A stretch of 64,000 nt of DNA, taken from contig JAZLMG010000063.1 in NCBI GenBank assembly GCA_045598585.1, positions 3,205 to 67,204 on the forward strand. The letters are read 5' to 3'. The notes under the pieces are model-generated. The model ran no database searches and was not told where the DNA came from. It worked only from the letters and a program-made list of their open reading frames with translations. This document shows positions 34,160 to 42,610 of this stretch, in pieces; the stretch's first letter is position 1; every line of letters starts with the position of its first letter. A program made the translations under genes and the position numbers. The stretch is from Kiritimatiellia bacterium (GTDB lineage Bacteria > Verrucomicrobiota > Kiritimatiellia > RFP12 > UBA1067).

Positions 34160-34895
34160 ATCGACACTTAAGGACATTTTCGATTCCCTCGGGCCTCGCC
34201 CTTATCCCTTGAACGAAGCTATGGCTTACGCGGTAAATGTCGGCGGAAAGCGAATTCGTCCGATTATCGCGCTCGCCTCCGCTGAAGCTGTCGGCGGGAA
34301 GAAGGAAGACGCGATTTATCCTGCCTGTGCGATCGAAATCCTTCACAATTATACGCTTGTCCACGATGATCTCCCGTCGATGGATAACGATACCTTGCGC
34401 CGCGGGCAGCCGACCGTATGGTCGAAGTACGGGGAGCCGGACGCGCTCCTAGTGGGTGACGCCTTGCAAGCGCTCGCTTTCTTGACTGCGGCAAAAGCGC
34501 CGCGTAATGTGGGTGCGATCATCTCGATCTTGGGTGAGAAGGCGGTCGGTGTCGTCCAAGGCCAAGTCGAAGATATCGCCCAAACAGGAGACGCCGATTA
34601 TATCTATACTCACAAGACGGCCGATCTCTTTATCGCCGCGGCAGTTATGGGCGGCCTCGCGGGTGGCGCTACTGAATCCCAGGTCGAAGCGCTCAAGACC
34701 TTCGCGCTCAATCTCGGTCTCGCCTTTCAGTACGAAGACGACATCCTCGATAATGACGGCGTCTGCGATCGTGAAGAGACGTTGCGCCGTATTGAATCGA
34801 CGACTTCCGCGGCGCTTGCTACGCTCGAGACCTTGCCCGGAGACACTTCGTTCTTGAAGTCGCTCGCCAACAAACTCAAAACCCGCCTCGTCTAA
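34134..34895 (+). CDS. short-chain (E)-prenyl diphosphate synthase (FPP/GGPP synthase)
   Basis: First Asp-rich motif LVHDDLPSMDNDTLRRG and second FQYEDDILD. Confidence 0.8.
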   Translation: MERYLSLIESTLKDIFDSLGPRPYPLNEAMAYAVNVGGKRIRPIIALASAEAVGGKKEDAIYPACAIEILHNYTLVHDDLPSMDNDTLRRGQPTVWSKYGEPDALLVGDALQALAFLTAAKAPRNVGAIISILGEKAVGVVQGQVEDIAQTGDADYIYTHKTADLFIAAAVMGGLAGGATESQVEALKTFALNLGLAFQYEDDILDNDGVCDREETLRRIESTTSAALATLETLPGDTSFLKSLANKLKTRLV

Positions 34896-34898
34896 CGA

Positions 34899-35813
34899 AT
34901 GGAAAAGTGTCGCGTTAATATCGAAGGCGATTTGCCGCGCTCAATTTTGATCACGAAAACCGAGCTTAAAAACGCCGCGGTTTCCTTTGCCGAAGCGTCG
35001 GGCAAGCGCATCAAGACGCCTTTCAAGGAAGTTACGATCATTCTTCAAGACGATGACTTTTCCGCTGAAGTTCACAGGGCGATCAATGGTGTGGAAGGGC
35101 CGACCGATGTCATCACTCAGCGCTATGATGCAATGCCGGGGGAAGAAGAAGGGGTGTACGGCGAACTTTATGTGAACGTCGATCAAGCTCTTCGAGTCGC
35201 CCCGAAGCGCGAAGGGTGGAGCGTGAAAAAGGAACTTTTACTTTATGTAGCTCACGGGATGGATCATCTCTCCGGAGCCGACGATTTGGAAGAAAAGGAT
35301 TATAATACCATGCGCAAGCGCGAACTCAATTGGCTGAAAAAGCTCACACTCCTTAGCTTATCACTTATCACTTATACTTTATCGCTTTCATCGCTCTTCG
35401 CGGCAAGCGAAGACGAAGAGATCATCGAGCTCGAGCGTTATTTCGTTACTCCTCAGGCGCGAATCATGCTTCCTGAAGCGGGAAGCTCGTATTCGGGCGG
35501 AGGCGCGACCTTCGGCTATTATCTTAACGAGTTTTGGGCATTAGAGGGAACTGCCGCGCTTTTGGAAAATAAAGGCTATTTTGGCGCGGATATTCTTTGG
35601 CATTGGTACGGCTACGAGCGGCTTGATCCGTTCTTCACTTTCGGCGTTTCGACGCTTACTTCCAAGGCGGTCGGTCCGAAGATTGGGGCGGGTACCTATT
35701 ACCACCTCGACGACAATTGGTCGCTCCGTGCAGATGGCGACGCGATGATGAATGTCGATGGAGAGACGGAAATGAATTATTCCTTGGCTCTTGGCATTCA
35801 GTACGCTTTTTGA
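34899..35813 (+). CDS. ybeY: YbeY-like endoribonuclease domain whose reading frame continues, without a stop, into a signal peptide plus beta-barrel OMP domain
   Basis: The N-terminal ~135 aa match the YbeY layout ending in [11 protein letters not shown] (family consensus HGxLHLxGYDH; the third His is Asp here). The same frame then reads [36 protein letters not shown] and ends ...LALGIQYAF. Confidence 0.6.
   Translation: MEKCRVNIEGDLPRSILITKTELKNAAVSFAEASGKRIKTPFKEVTIILQDDDFSAEVHRAINGVEGPTDVITQRYDAMPGEEEGVYGELYVNVDQALRVAPKREGWSVKKELLLYVAHGMDHLSGADDLEEKDYNTMRKRELNWLKKLTLLSLSLITYTLSLSSLFAASEDEEIIELERYFVTPQARIMLPEAGSSYSGGGATFGYYLNEFWALEGTAALLENKGYFGADILWHWYGYERLDPFFTFGVSTLTSKAVGPKIGAGTYYHLDDNWSLRADGDAMMNVDGETEMNYSLALGIQYAF
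35310..35813 (+). CDS. possible independently translated small beta-barrel outer membrane protein (nested, in frame)
   Basis: Internal ATG at 35310 preceded by AAAGGA (35294-35299). It is followed by a classic signal peptide and a C-terminal aromatic residue (YAF). Confidence 0.4.
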   Translation: MRKRELNWLKKLTLLSLSLITYTLSLSSLFAASEDEEIIELERYFVTPQARIMLPEAGSSYSGGGATFGYYLNEFWALEGTAALLENKGYFGADILWHWYGYERLDPFFTFGVSTLTSKAVGPKIGAGTYYHLDDNWSLRADGDAMMNVDGETEMNYSLALGIQYAF

Positions 35814-35844
35814 TATAATATACCTTAACGAAAGGATAACGAAA

Positions 35845-36273
35845 ATGCTTAAAGGTATATCGCCCGTTATTTCGCCTGATTTATTGAAGGTCATGTCCGA
35901 GATGGGACATGGCGACGAAATCGTCATTTCCGACGCTCACTTCCCGGCTCACTATTTCGGCAAGGATTGCAACTATGTCCTTCGCGCGGATGGAGTCGGC
36001 GCCGACAAGCTTTTGTCCGGCATGATCCCGCTTTTCGAACTCGACAGCTACTCTCCGCCCGTCATCATGATGGAAGCGGTTCCCGGGGACACGCTAGACC
36101 CCGAAGTCGAGAAGAAGTATCGCGCCGCGCTTAAGTTCGATGGCGAAATCGTTCGCATGGAGCGCTATGCGTTTTATGAACGCGCGAAGAAGGCCTATGC
36201 GGTTGTTCTTACGGGAGAGACCGCGAAATACGGCAACATCATCCTCAAGAAGGGCGTCACGCCCGTTGCGTAA
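35845..36273 (+). CDS. fucU: L-fucose mutarotase / RbsD-FucU family
   Basis: [35 protein letters not shown] signature. A TGATATAAT box lies at 35811-35819. Confidence 0.8.
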   Translation: MLKGISPVISPDLLKVMSEMGHGDEIVISDAHFPAHYFGKDCNYVLRADGVGADKLLSGMIPLFELDSYSPPVIMMEAVPGDTLDPEVEKKYRAALKFDGEIVRMERYAFYERAKKAYAVVLTGETAKYGNIILKKGVTPVA

Positions 36274-36291
36274 TTATAAGGAGAAACTATC

Positions 36292-36486
36292 ATGAGACCC
36301 GGACTTTGGCAGATTGTAATCGTTGTTCTCGTCGTCGCCGTTCTTTTCGGCGCGAAGAAGATTCCCGAACTCGCTCGCTCCCTCGGTAAGGCGAAGGGCG
36401 AATTCATGAAGGGGCTTAAGGAAGGCGAGAAGGAAGAGCCGTCTACGTCTGAAGACTCCGCCGTGCCAGGTGCCAAGGCAGAGTGA
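36292..36486 (+). CDS. tatA: twin-arginine translocase subunit TatA/E
   Basis: One TM helix followed by LFGAKKIPELARSLGKAKGEF. Confidence 0.9.
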   Translation: MRPGLWQIVIVVLVVAVLFGAKKIPELARSLGKAKGEFMKGLKEGEKEEPSTSEDSAVPGAKAE

Positions 36487-37940
36487 TCAGCGAGCTTATC
36501 CGAGAGCGGCTTAAGGCCGTCCCCACGAACCCCGGCTGTTACCTGATGCGTGACAGGCGGGGTCAAATCATTTATGTCGGGAAAGCGAAGAATTTAAAGC
36601 GCCGCGTCTCGAGTTATTTCCGCTCCGGCGCGAAGCATACGCCGAAAGTCCGTTCGATGGTCGAGACGATTTACGACTTCGAGTGGATGACGGTCAAGAA
36701 CGAAGCTGAATCGCTTCTAACCGAAGCGTCGCTTATCAAGAAATATAAGCCACACTTCAATATTTTGATGCGCGATGATAAGCGCTATCTCGCTTTGCGA
36801 GCCGATCCGAACGTCGATTTCCCGCGCTTTACCTGTGTTCGCATCGTGCGTGAGGATGGGGCGATTTACTTCGGGCCTTTTCCTTCGAGCCCGATTGTCA
36901 GAACCGCCAAAGACTTCGTCGAAAAGCGCTATGGAATCAGGGAGTGTGACTCGCTCTCACCTTGCGAAGAGGATCATAAGCATTGCCTCGCCGACATTAT
37001 TCGCACTTGTTCCGCGCCATGCCTTAAGAAAATCTCCAAAGACGAATACCGCGCACGTTTCGACGAGGCTTGCGCGTTTCTCAGGGGCGAGAGGCCGGGC
37101 GTTTTCGAAGAACTGAAAGCGAAGATGCTCGAGGCGGTCGAAAAAGAAAAGTTCGAGCGCGCGGCGGAATTTCGTGATTTGATTGCGGCCTTGAAAGAAA
37201 TGACGAAAGCTCACTTCGTCCGCAAGTCTCCGCACATGAAGGAAGAAGATGCGAAGAAGGGTATCGAGGAGCTTGCCGAAGCGATAGGACTCGAAAAACT
37301 GCCGCGCATAATCGAATGTGTTGATATTTCCAATTTGTTCGGAACTCACAACGTCGCTTCGCTTGTCGTCGCGCGAGATGGGCTTCCCGACGGGAGATAT
37401 TATCGTCACTTCAAGATCAAGAGTTTTGAAGGTGCGGACGATCCCCGAGCTATGGCCGAAGTCGTGCGCCGCAGATATGGACCCGATTCGACTTTACTTA
37501 AAACTAGCCCGAGAGCCGATCTCTATATTTGCGATGGTGGCATAACTCAGCTTCGTGCGGCTCGCGCGGTTTTCAAGGAACTCGGTATTGATGATATTCC
37601 GACCGTGGGCCTCGCGAAGCGCCTCGAGGAGATCGTCCTCGATGATGGGCGCGAGTCCATCTTGCTTCCACGTGACTCGGAAGCGCTCTTCGTCATTACC
37701 CGCCTTCGTGACGAAGCCCACCGCTTCGCTATCACATTCCACCGCTCCTTGCGCGAAAAGACGATTCGTGAATCGGTCTTGGACGAGGTTCCCGGCATCG
37801 GAGAGGCGAAGAAGGTGAAGCTCCTTAAGACTTTCAAGTCCATTTACGGCATCGCCAAAGCCAGTGTCGAAGACATTTCCAAAGTAGCCGGCGTTTCTCT
37901 CGAAATTGCATCCGCCGTCCTCCGCGCGGCTAAATCTTGA
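36483..37940 (+). CDS. uvrC: excinuclease ABC subunit C (compact form)
   Basis: GIY-YIG (GCYLMRDRRGQIIYVGKAKNLKRRV), a UVR motif (FERAAEFRD) and a C-terminal (HhH)2. GTG start overlaps the tatA stop. Confidence 0.85.
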   Translation: MISELIRERLKAVPTNPGCYLMRDRRGQIIYVGKAKNLKRRVSSYFRSGAKHTPKVRSMVETIYDFEWMTVKNEAESLLTEASLIKKYKPHFNILMRDDKRYLALRADPNVDFPRFTCVRIVREDGAIYFGPFPSSPIVRTAKDFVEKRYGIRECDSLSPCEEDHKHCLADIIRTCSAPCLKKISKDEYRARFDEACAFLRGERPGVFEELKAKMLEAVEKEKFERAAEFRDLIAALKEMTKAHFVRKSPHMKEEDAKKGIEELAEAIGLEKLPRIIECVDISNLFGTHNVASLVVARDGLPDGRYYRHFKIKSFEGADDPRAMAEVVRRRYGPDSTLLKTSPRADLYICDGGITQLRAARAVFKELGIDDIPTVGLAKRLEEIVLDDGRESILLPRDSEALFVITRLRDEAHRFAITFHRSLREKTIRESVLDEVPGIGEAKKVKLLKTFKSIYGIAKASVEDISKVAGVSLEIASAVLRAAKS

Positions 37941-37971
37941 AATTTCATTCTCTCTATAACGAAAATACCAT

Positions 37972-39024
37972 ATGCGCATCCTACAAGTAGCGACCGGATT
38001 ACAGAAGGCGAGTGGAGTGACGACTTTCGTCGAGAATGTCGTATCCGAACTTCGTGCCCTTGGACATGAAGTCGAGGTGCTTACGAAGAAGGACGATCCC
38101 TCTCTCACTTTAACTTCTACACTCTCACTTTTACACTCTTACGACATCGTCCATCTTCACGGGCTCTGGGATCCTTGGCTCCTTAAAATCGCTCTAAAAG
38201 TGCCGCGTGGACGCCTCGTTTGGTCGACACACGGCATGACCGCCCCCTGGTCGCTCCGCCACAAATGGTGGAAGAAGCTCCTCGTCTGGCATCTCGCCCA
38301 AAAGCCGCTTTTAAAGCGCGCGGCGCTTATCCACTCGACCGTCGAGAAAGAGCGCGAATGGAACGTGAATTTAGGTTTAGGTGTAGGGTCTAGGTGCAGA
38401 AGTCTTGTTGCACCTTTGGGAACTCATTTGCCGAAAGAAAAAACCGAATCTTCCGCTGTACACCTACACCTTGAACCTACGCCTAAAACTCTCCTCTTTG
38501 TAGGTCGTGTATATCCTGTTAAGGCGCTGGATCGTCTCATTGAGGCGTTCGTAAAAGCGAAGCCCGAAGGATGGTGCCTTCGCATTGTCGGGCCTGATCA
38601 AGCGGGCCACCAAGCTGAGTTGGAAGCTCTCTGCAAGCATCTTGGACTCAGCTCGGACGATTCGAAAATCGTTTTCGCCGGTCCTAAATTCGATTCTGAG
38701 CTCGATGCCGAGTACACTCGCTGCTCCGCCCTTGCACTCGTCTCCCATACCGAGAACTTCGGCGCAACTGTGGTCGACGCTATGGAGCACGGCAAGCCGG
38801 TTATCACCTCGACAAATACCCCATGGAAGGAAGTTGCCGATTTTGGCTGCGGCTGGTGGGTTGACAACGATGTCGAAACTCTCGCCTCGACCCTCAACTC
38901 AATATTCAACACTCCTACTTCAACACTGGAATCGATGGGCAAGCGCGGGAGAATGCTTGTCGAAGCGAAGTACACTTGGTCCGCTGTCGCCAAAACCCTT
39001 GTCTCCGCCTACTCCGCCTTATAA
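37972..39024 (+). CDS. GT4-family (GT-B fold) glycosyltransferase, first gene of the glycan locus
   Basis: MRILQVATGL... N-terminus, LLFVGR, and an E..FG.....EAM-type motif (TENFGATVVDAMEHGKPVI). Confidence 0.8.
   Translation: MRILQVATGLQKASGVTTFVENVVSELRALGHEVEVLTKKDDPSLTLTSTLSLLHSYDIVHLHGLWDPWLLKIALKVPRGRLVWSTHGMTAPWSLRHKWWKKLLVWHLAQKPLLKRAALIHSTVEKEREWNVNLGLGVGSRCRSLVAPLGTHLPKEKTESSAVHLHLEPTPKTLLFVGRVYPVKALDRLIEAFVKAKPEGWCLRIVGPDQAGHQAELEALCKHLGLSSDDSKIVFAGPKFDSELDAEYTRCSALALVSHTENFGATVVDAMEHGKPVITSTNTPWKEVADFGCGWWVDNDVETLASTLNSIFNTPTSTLESMGKRGRMLVEAKYTWSAVAKTLVSAYSAL
38370..38487 (+). repeat. 27-bp imperfect inverted repeats (21/27) flanking 64 bp inside the GT4 coding sequence
   Basis: Left arm TTTAGGTTTAGGTGTAGGGTCTAGGTG (38370-38396) against the reverse complement of CACCTACACCTTGAACCTACGCCTAAA (38461-38487). 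There is an inner hairpin GGTGCA..TGCACC at 38393-38414. Confidence 0.6.
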
Positions 39025-39161
39025 GCTCATTCCCACCGATATACCTGCCATTCGCTTCGAACACCGACGAAAGAGTCGTATCTAAAGTTTTCGCAAACGT
39101 TAGAATTGACTTTGGTGGATGGGGTTGAATGTTGATTCAAACTTCGCTATGGTCAAAGTGA

Positions 39162-39180
39162 CCGAAATTTGGTATAATAT
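39162..39180 (+). promoter_or_regulatory. locus-specific promoter copy D (CCGAAATTTGGTATAATAT)
   Basis: Same 19-mer context as copies B and C; it drives only the GT2-like stub. Confidence 0.5.
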
Positions 39181-39197
39181 TACATACTAATACTCTC

Positions 39198-39299
39198 ATG
39201 ACCGACATAACCGTTATAATCCTAACCGGGAAGGAAGAGCTGCATATCGGGCGGTGGGGATATGGCAAAGTTGGGTGTGTTTGCCGCGCGGGCGCCTAA
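39198..39299 (+). pseudogene. 5' stub resembling a GT2 glycosyltransferase N-terminus
   Basis: MTDITVIILTGKEELHIGR resembles the GT2 start (xxVIIxTxNEExxIxR). The frame then decays and stops after 33 codons. Confidence 0.3.
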
Positions 39300-39552
39300 G
39301 CTGCCGCGCTAGGCGTGACTGAGCTGCGCGGGGACGACGAACTTTGCGCGGGCGCTAACAGGATCATGCTAGGCGAAACGTAGATATGCCGTCGGCGGTA
39401 TTCCGCGGGGCGTAGGAATTCTAGTTTCGTCTAATTCTGCGTGTCGGCATAGCCGACCTGCGGTTAATTAGTTCGTTCCTAACTCGTCCCTAATCCCCAG
39501 CCCCTAACCCCTAAATCCGATTTTCTTCCTTTCCATTCTTGCCGCGGAAGCG

Positions 39553-39650
39553 GGGAATATGGTATAATATCTCATAGAAAATGAGAACGCCGATATACGC
39601 TTATTATCGCCTATGGACGCGGTGTAGGTTTGTACACCACGTAGCGATAG
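39553..39650 (+). promoter_or_regulatory. promoter + conserved leader module, copy A
   Basis: TGGTATAAT (hexamer at 39563-39568); ATGAGAACGCCGATA...; hairpin GGTGTA(39621-26)/TACACC(39633-38); then CGTAGCGATAG. The short ORF at 39581-39664 ends 1 nt before the wzx-stub ATG. Confidence 0.55.
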
Positions 39651-39665
39651 CTTTAGTGTACTGAT

Positions 39666-40022
39666 ATGACCGCCAACCGCCGCATAGCCCTGGACATCGT
39701 TGCCACATACATGCGCCGGAGAAGCTTAGCTTCGAAGGGTAGGTGCTGCATGCACGACGAAGTCGCCCACAAGGGCCTGCGCAGATCGCGGCCTTCGGCT
39801 ATTTCCGCATTGCTCCAATCCGGGTATGCGTTGGTGTTGGGGTTGTTGGTTGCGCGGTGGGGTTTGCAGGTGCTTGGACATGTTGGTTATGGATTGTATG
39901 GCGTCGTCGGTGGGCTGACTGTTTTGATTCCATTCCTCCTTCTTCATCCTATCTCCCCCATCCCCAACACCGCGCCATCGGGTTTCGTGATTGGTGGTAT
40001 ATCACCGCGAAATTTGGTATAA
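39666..40022 (+). pseudogene. 5' fragment of a wzx-like flippase gene, interrupted by ~110 bp of unrelated sequence
   Basis: MTANRRIALDIVATY ... GYALVLGLLVARWGLQVLGHVGYGLYGVVGGL aligns to the intact Wzx N-terminus at 56058 (MTKSQRIVLNTIVSYGR..LGLFSSRWILKGLGVDDFGVFGVVGG) and, at the nucleotide level, to the stub at 51392. The frame then decays. Confidence 0.55.
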
Positions 40023-40101
40023 TAGTGGTCGTAAAATGAGAAGGACGATATACGATTATCACCAATTGACGCGGCGTGGATACACTTGCCGTGGAGCGGG
40101 A
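40005..40101 (+). promoter_or_regulatory. promoter + conserved leader module, copy B (upstream of the 814-aa methyltransferase)
   Basis: CCGCGAAATTTGGTATAATA; ATGAGAAGGACGATA at 40036; hairpin GGCGTG(40073-78)/CAC-tt-GCC(40083-90); then CGTGGAGCGGGA. Confidence 0.55.
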
Positions 40102-40165
40102 TATTGCCTACATTTTTCTTGCTACGGGGTCAGACTCCATAGAGCCCATAATGGAATTTTGAAAG

Positions 40166-42610
40166 ATGAAGAATTATTGTTTTATGAAATCGTATAATCC
40201 AAGCCATATCAATTATGCATTAGTTGAAGGTTCTAGACCGCCAATGTATAGTGCGATGAAATATTGGGGGCGAAAGCCTCATAATATTTGGAATGATTAT
40301 ATTGCACATTATTGTCCTCCAGATGGGGTTGTACTTGATCCTTTTGTTGGTAGTGGAATTACGGCGTTTGAAGCAATTAAGCTTGGTCGCAAAGTTATAG
40401 CTACGGATTTGAATCCTTTATCAACATTCGTCATTGAAGTGATGACCGCTCCATTCGACAAGGAGGTGTTTTGTACGGCGGCAGAGTCAATTATTAAAGC
40501 TATTGAAGTTGATAAGATTTATCGAGAGAATTATGTTAGAAAGATATTAGATAAAGAATATGTAGTTTACAATTATATTTGGAAGAAAGGGCGCGTTGAT
40601 TTTATCCATGCCAAGGACCAAGATGGAGAAGTGCTTGGCGTTTCAAGCGAAGCGTCCGATATTCAACGAGCTGAAAAGATGACGAGTCTAGACATCCCGT
40701 TCTGGTATCCTATCGATGACTTCCCGCGGAATCCATCCATAAACCACAATTTTATTACGAAGATTGGCGGATGTACGATTGATAAATTGTGGACAAAGCG
40801 CAACTTGTATTTATTAGCGAAGATGTTCCACTTGATTCAGCAAGTCGAGGATGAGGTTGTTGCTAATCAGTTAATGTATGCGTTTATTCACACTCTCCAT
40901 CTTGTTTCTAAAATGGTTGTGCCTCGGTCAGAGAAGGGTAATCGGGATTTCTCCGGTAGCTGGGGACGCGCGGACTATATGATTCGCAACCGTTCTATGG
41001 AGCAGAATCCTTTGATTGTGTTCAAGCGTTCTTGCTTTGATCGGCAAGGTATAGTGAATGCTTTATTAGATGCTAAGAACCAAATGAAGAAGGTGAAGTT
41101 AAATTGTCTTACACCTTCGAATCGGATGAAGAGCTCGGCGGATGTAAACTACGGGACAATTGATGTTGCTGATTTGCGGGATTATATTAAAGATGATTCA
41201 ATTGATTTCATATTGACAGATCCGCCTTATGGTGGGTTGGTTCAGTATATGGATTTGAGTATGGTTTGGCTAGTCTGGCTTCAACAGTTTAATGCACGAT
41301 TTCGTCCCGATGTTACGGGTGAAATTACGTTCAAGCGAGGTGTTGTTGATCGCGATACATATAAGAAACGATTGACAAATGCCTTTAAAAATGCCTATAG
41401 GGTCTTGAAGCCAGAACATTATCTCGTCGCGACTTTTCATAATCAACATATTGGAGAGTGGAATGACTTCGTTTGTGCTATTCGAGATGCGGGTTTTGTT
41501 TTTGAGAAGATGACTCATCAATACAATCGGCGTTCAGGAGAGTCGAATGTTGCGAATCCGTATGGGACAACTAGCTCGGATTATTATATTAGATGTAAAA
41601 AAACTTCCGCCAAGAGTGTCACGAGTGATAGGGATGAGTTGGCGGTGTATGTTGTGAATAGAACTAGGGCAATTCTCACAGAGCGTGGAGAGCCAACTCC
41701 CTTTGAATTTTTACTTAACGGATTATTGCCTGATATGTTGCAAGCTGGATATTTGCGGCCTGAAGAACCTGAAGTTGAATTGCGAAATATCCTAAACATC
41801 GAGGTAGGTTTGAATAAGATGTTTGTCGTTAATGCAAATCCTAAAAATCAAGGGGGAGATATCTTTTGGTTTAATCATCCAGAAAAGTATATAAATCATG
41901 CGAGTATGAGTCTTGCGGATCGTGTGGATACAACAGTAAGAGCATTGTTGCGCCGCAAGATAGCAGTAAAGTACGATGATATAGTTGCGGAGATTTTTAA
42001 GGAGTTTCCTAATGGGCAGACCCCTGACCCGAGAGGGCTCGTTAAAGTCGTTTCTCGATATGCGTCAAAGTCTAGTGGGAAATGGAAGTTGAATCCGGAT
42101 GTTGAACGTGACTGCTCTGAGCATACGCATATTATCGAGCTGTTGTGCAAGTTGTCAAAAAGAGCTGGCGTGGCTTCGCATGTTGGGAATCGCGAGAAAG
42201 GAGAATATGTTCGCGAGAATGTTAATCTTTGCGATTTGTCCACATTGAAGAATCTTGATAGTCTGACGGAATATGGTCGAGGGCAATTGTCGCGTATCGG
42301 AATGATTGATATGATATGGGTGGAGAAAGCGGCAAGTAGAATTGTCGCAGCATTCGAGGTGGAGAATTCAACGGATTTTATAGGCGCAATTGGTCGGGCG
42401 TCAAACATATCCGATTCTGTTCCAAAGTTTATGATTATTCCGAAAAGGCGCGAGGTAGAGTTCTTGCGTTTTCGAGATCCGTTATTTGTTGAAAGCTTTA
42501 GGACACAATCATGGAAATATCTGTTATATGAAGACATTGAGCGACTTGCCACGGCAAAAGTCGTTTCAATTTCAGATATTGGTAAATCGGCCAAGGATGT
42601 TGAGTTATGA
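40166..42610 (+). CDS. 814-aa N6-adenine/N4-cytosine DNA methyltransferase with a large internal TRD-like insert and a C-terminal PD-(D/E)xK-like domain
   Basis: YWGRKP motif, then motif I VLDPFVGSG (nt 40340-40357) followed by ATDLNP. About 290 aa downstream is motif IV LTDPPYGG (DPPY at nt 41219-41230). The C-terminal ~140 aa read HTHIIELL..G..IDMIWVE..RIVAAFEVENST. Confidence 0.8.
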   Translation: MKNYCFMKSYNPSHINYALVEGSRPPMYSAMKYWGRKPHNIWNDYIAHYCPPDGVVLDPFVGSGITAFEAIKLGRKVIATDLNPLSTFVIEVMTAPFDKEVFCTAAESIIKAIEVDKIYRENYVRKILDKEYVVYNYIWKKGRVDFIHAKDQDGEVLGVSSEASDIQRAEKMTSLDIPFWYPIDDFPRNPSINHNFITKIGGCTIDKLWTKRNLYLLAKMFHLIQQVEDEVVANQLMYAFIHTLHLVSKMVVPRSEKGNRDFSGSWGRADYMIRNRSMEQNPLIVFKRSCFDRQGIVNALLDAKNQMKKVKLNCLTPSNRMKSSADVNYGTIDVADLRDYIKDDSIDFILTDPPYGGLVQYMDLSMVWLVWLQQFNARFRPDVTGEITFKRGVVDRDTYKKRLTNAFKNAYRVLKPEHYLVATFHNQHIGEWNDFVCAIRDAGFVFEKMTHQYNRRSGESNVANPYGTTSSDYYIRCKKTSAKSVTSDRDELAVYVVNRTRAILTERGEPTPFEFLLNGLLPDMLQAGYLRPEEPEVELRNILNIEVGLNKMFVVNANPKNQGGDIFWFNHPEKYINHASMSLADRVDTTVRALLRRKIAVKYDDIVAEIFKEFPNGQTPDPRGLVKVVSRYASKSSGKWKLNPDVERDCSEHTHIIELLCKLSKRAGVASHVGNREKGEYVRENVNLCDLSTLKNLDSLTEYGRGQLSRIGMIDMIWVEKAASRIVAAFEVENSTDFIGAIGRASNISDSVPKFMIIPKRREVEFLRFRDPLFVESFRTQSWKYLLYEDIERLATAKVVSISDIGKSAKDVEL

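Noticed and set aside
39478-39515. CCCTAA / CCCCTAA units resembling telomeric (TTAGGG)n repeats.
   Set aside because: There are only three or four imperfect units inside a degenerate CTAA/TAGG-rich scar, with no tandem array. This is most simply low-complexity filler related to the other CT-rich tracts.
39726-40039. Overlapping 73-aa (minus strand) and 98-aa (plus strand) track ORFs across the wzx stub.
   Set aside because: They lie in alternative frames of a decayed gene fragment, with no RBS and Arg/Cys/Trp-rich junk composition.
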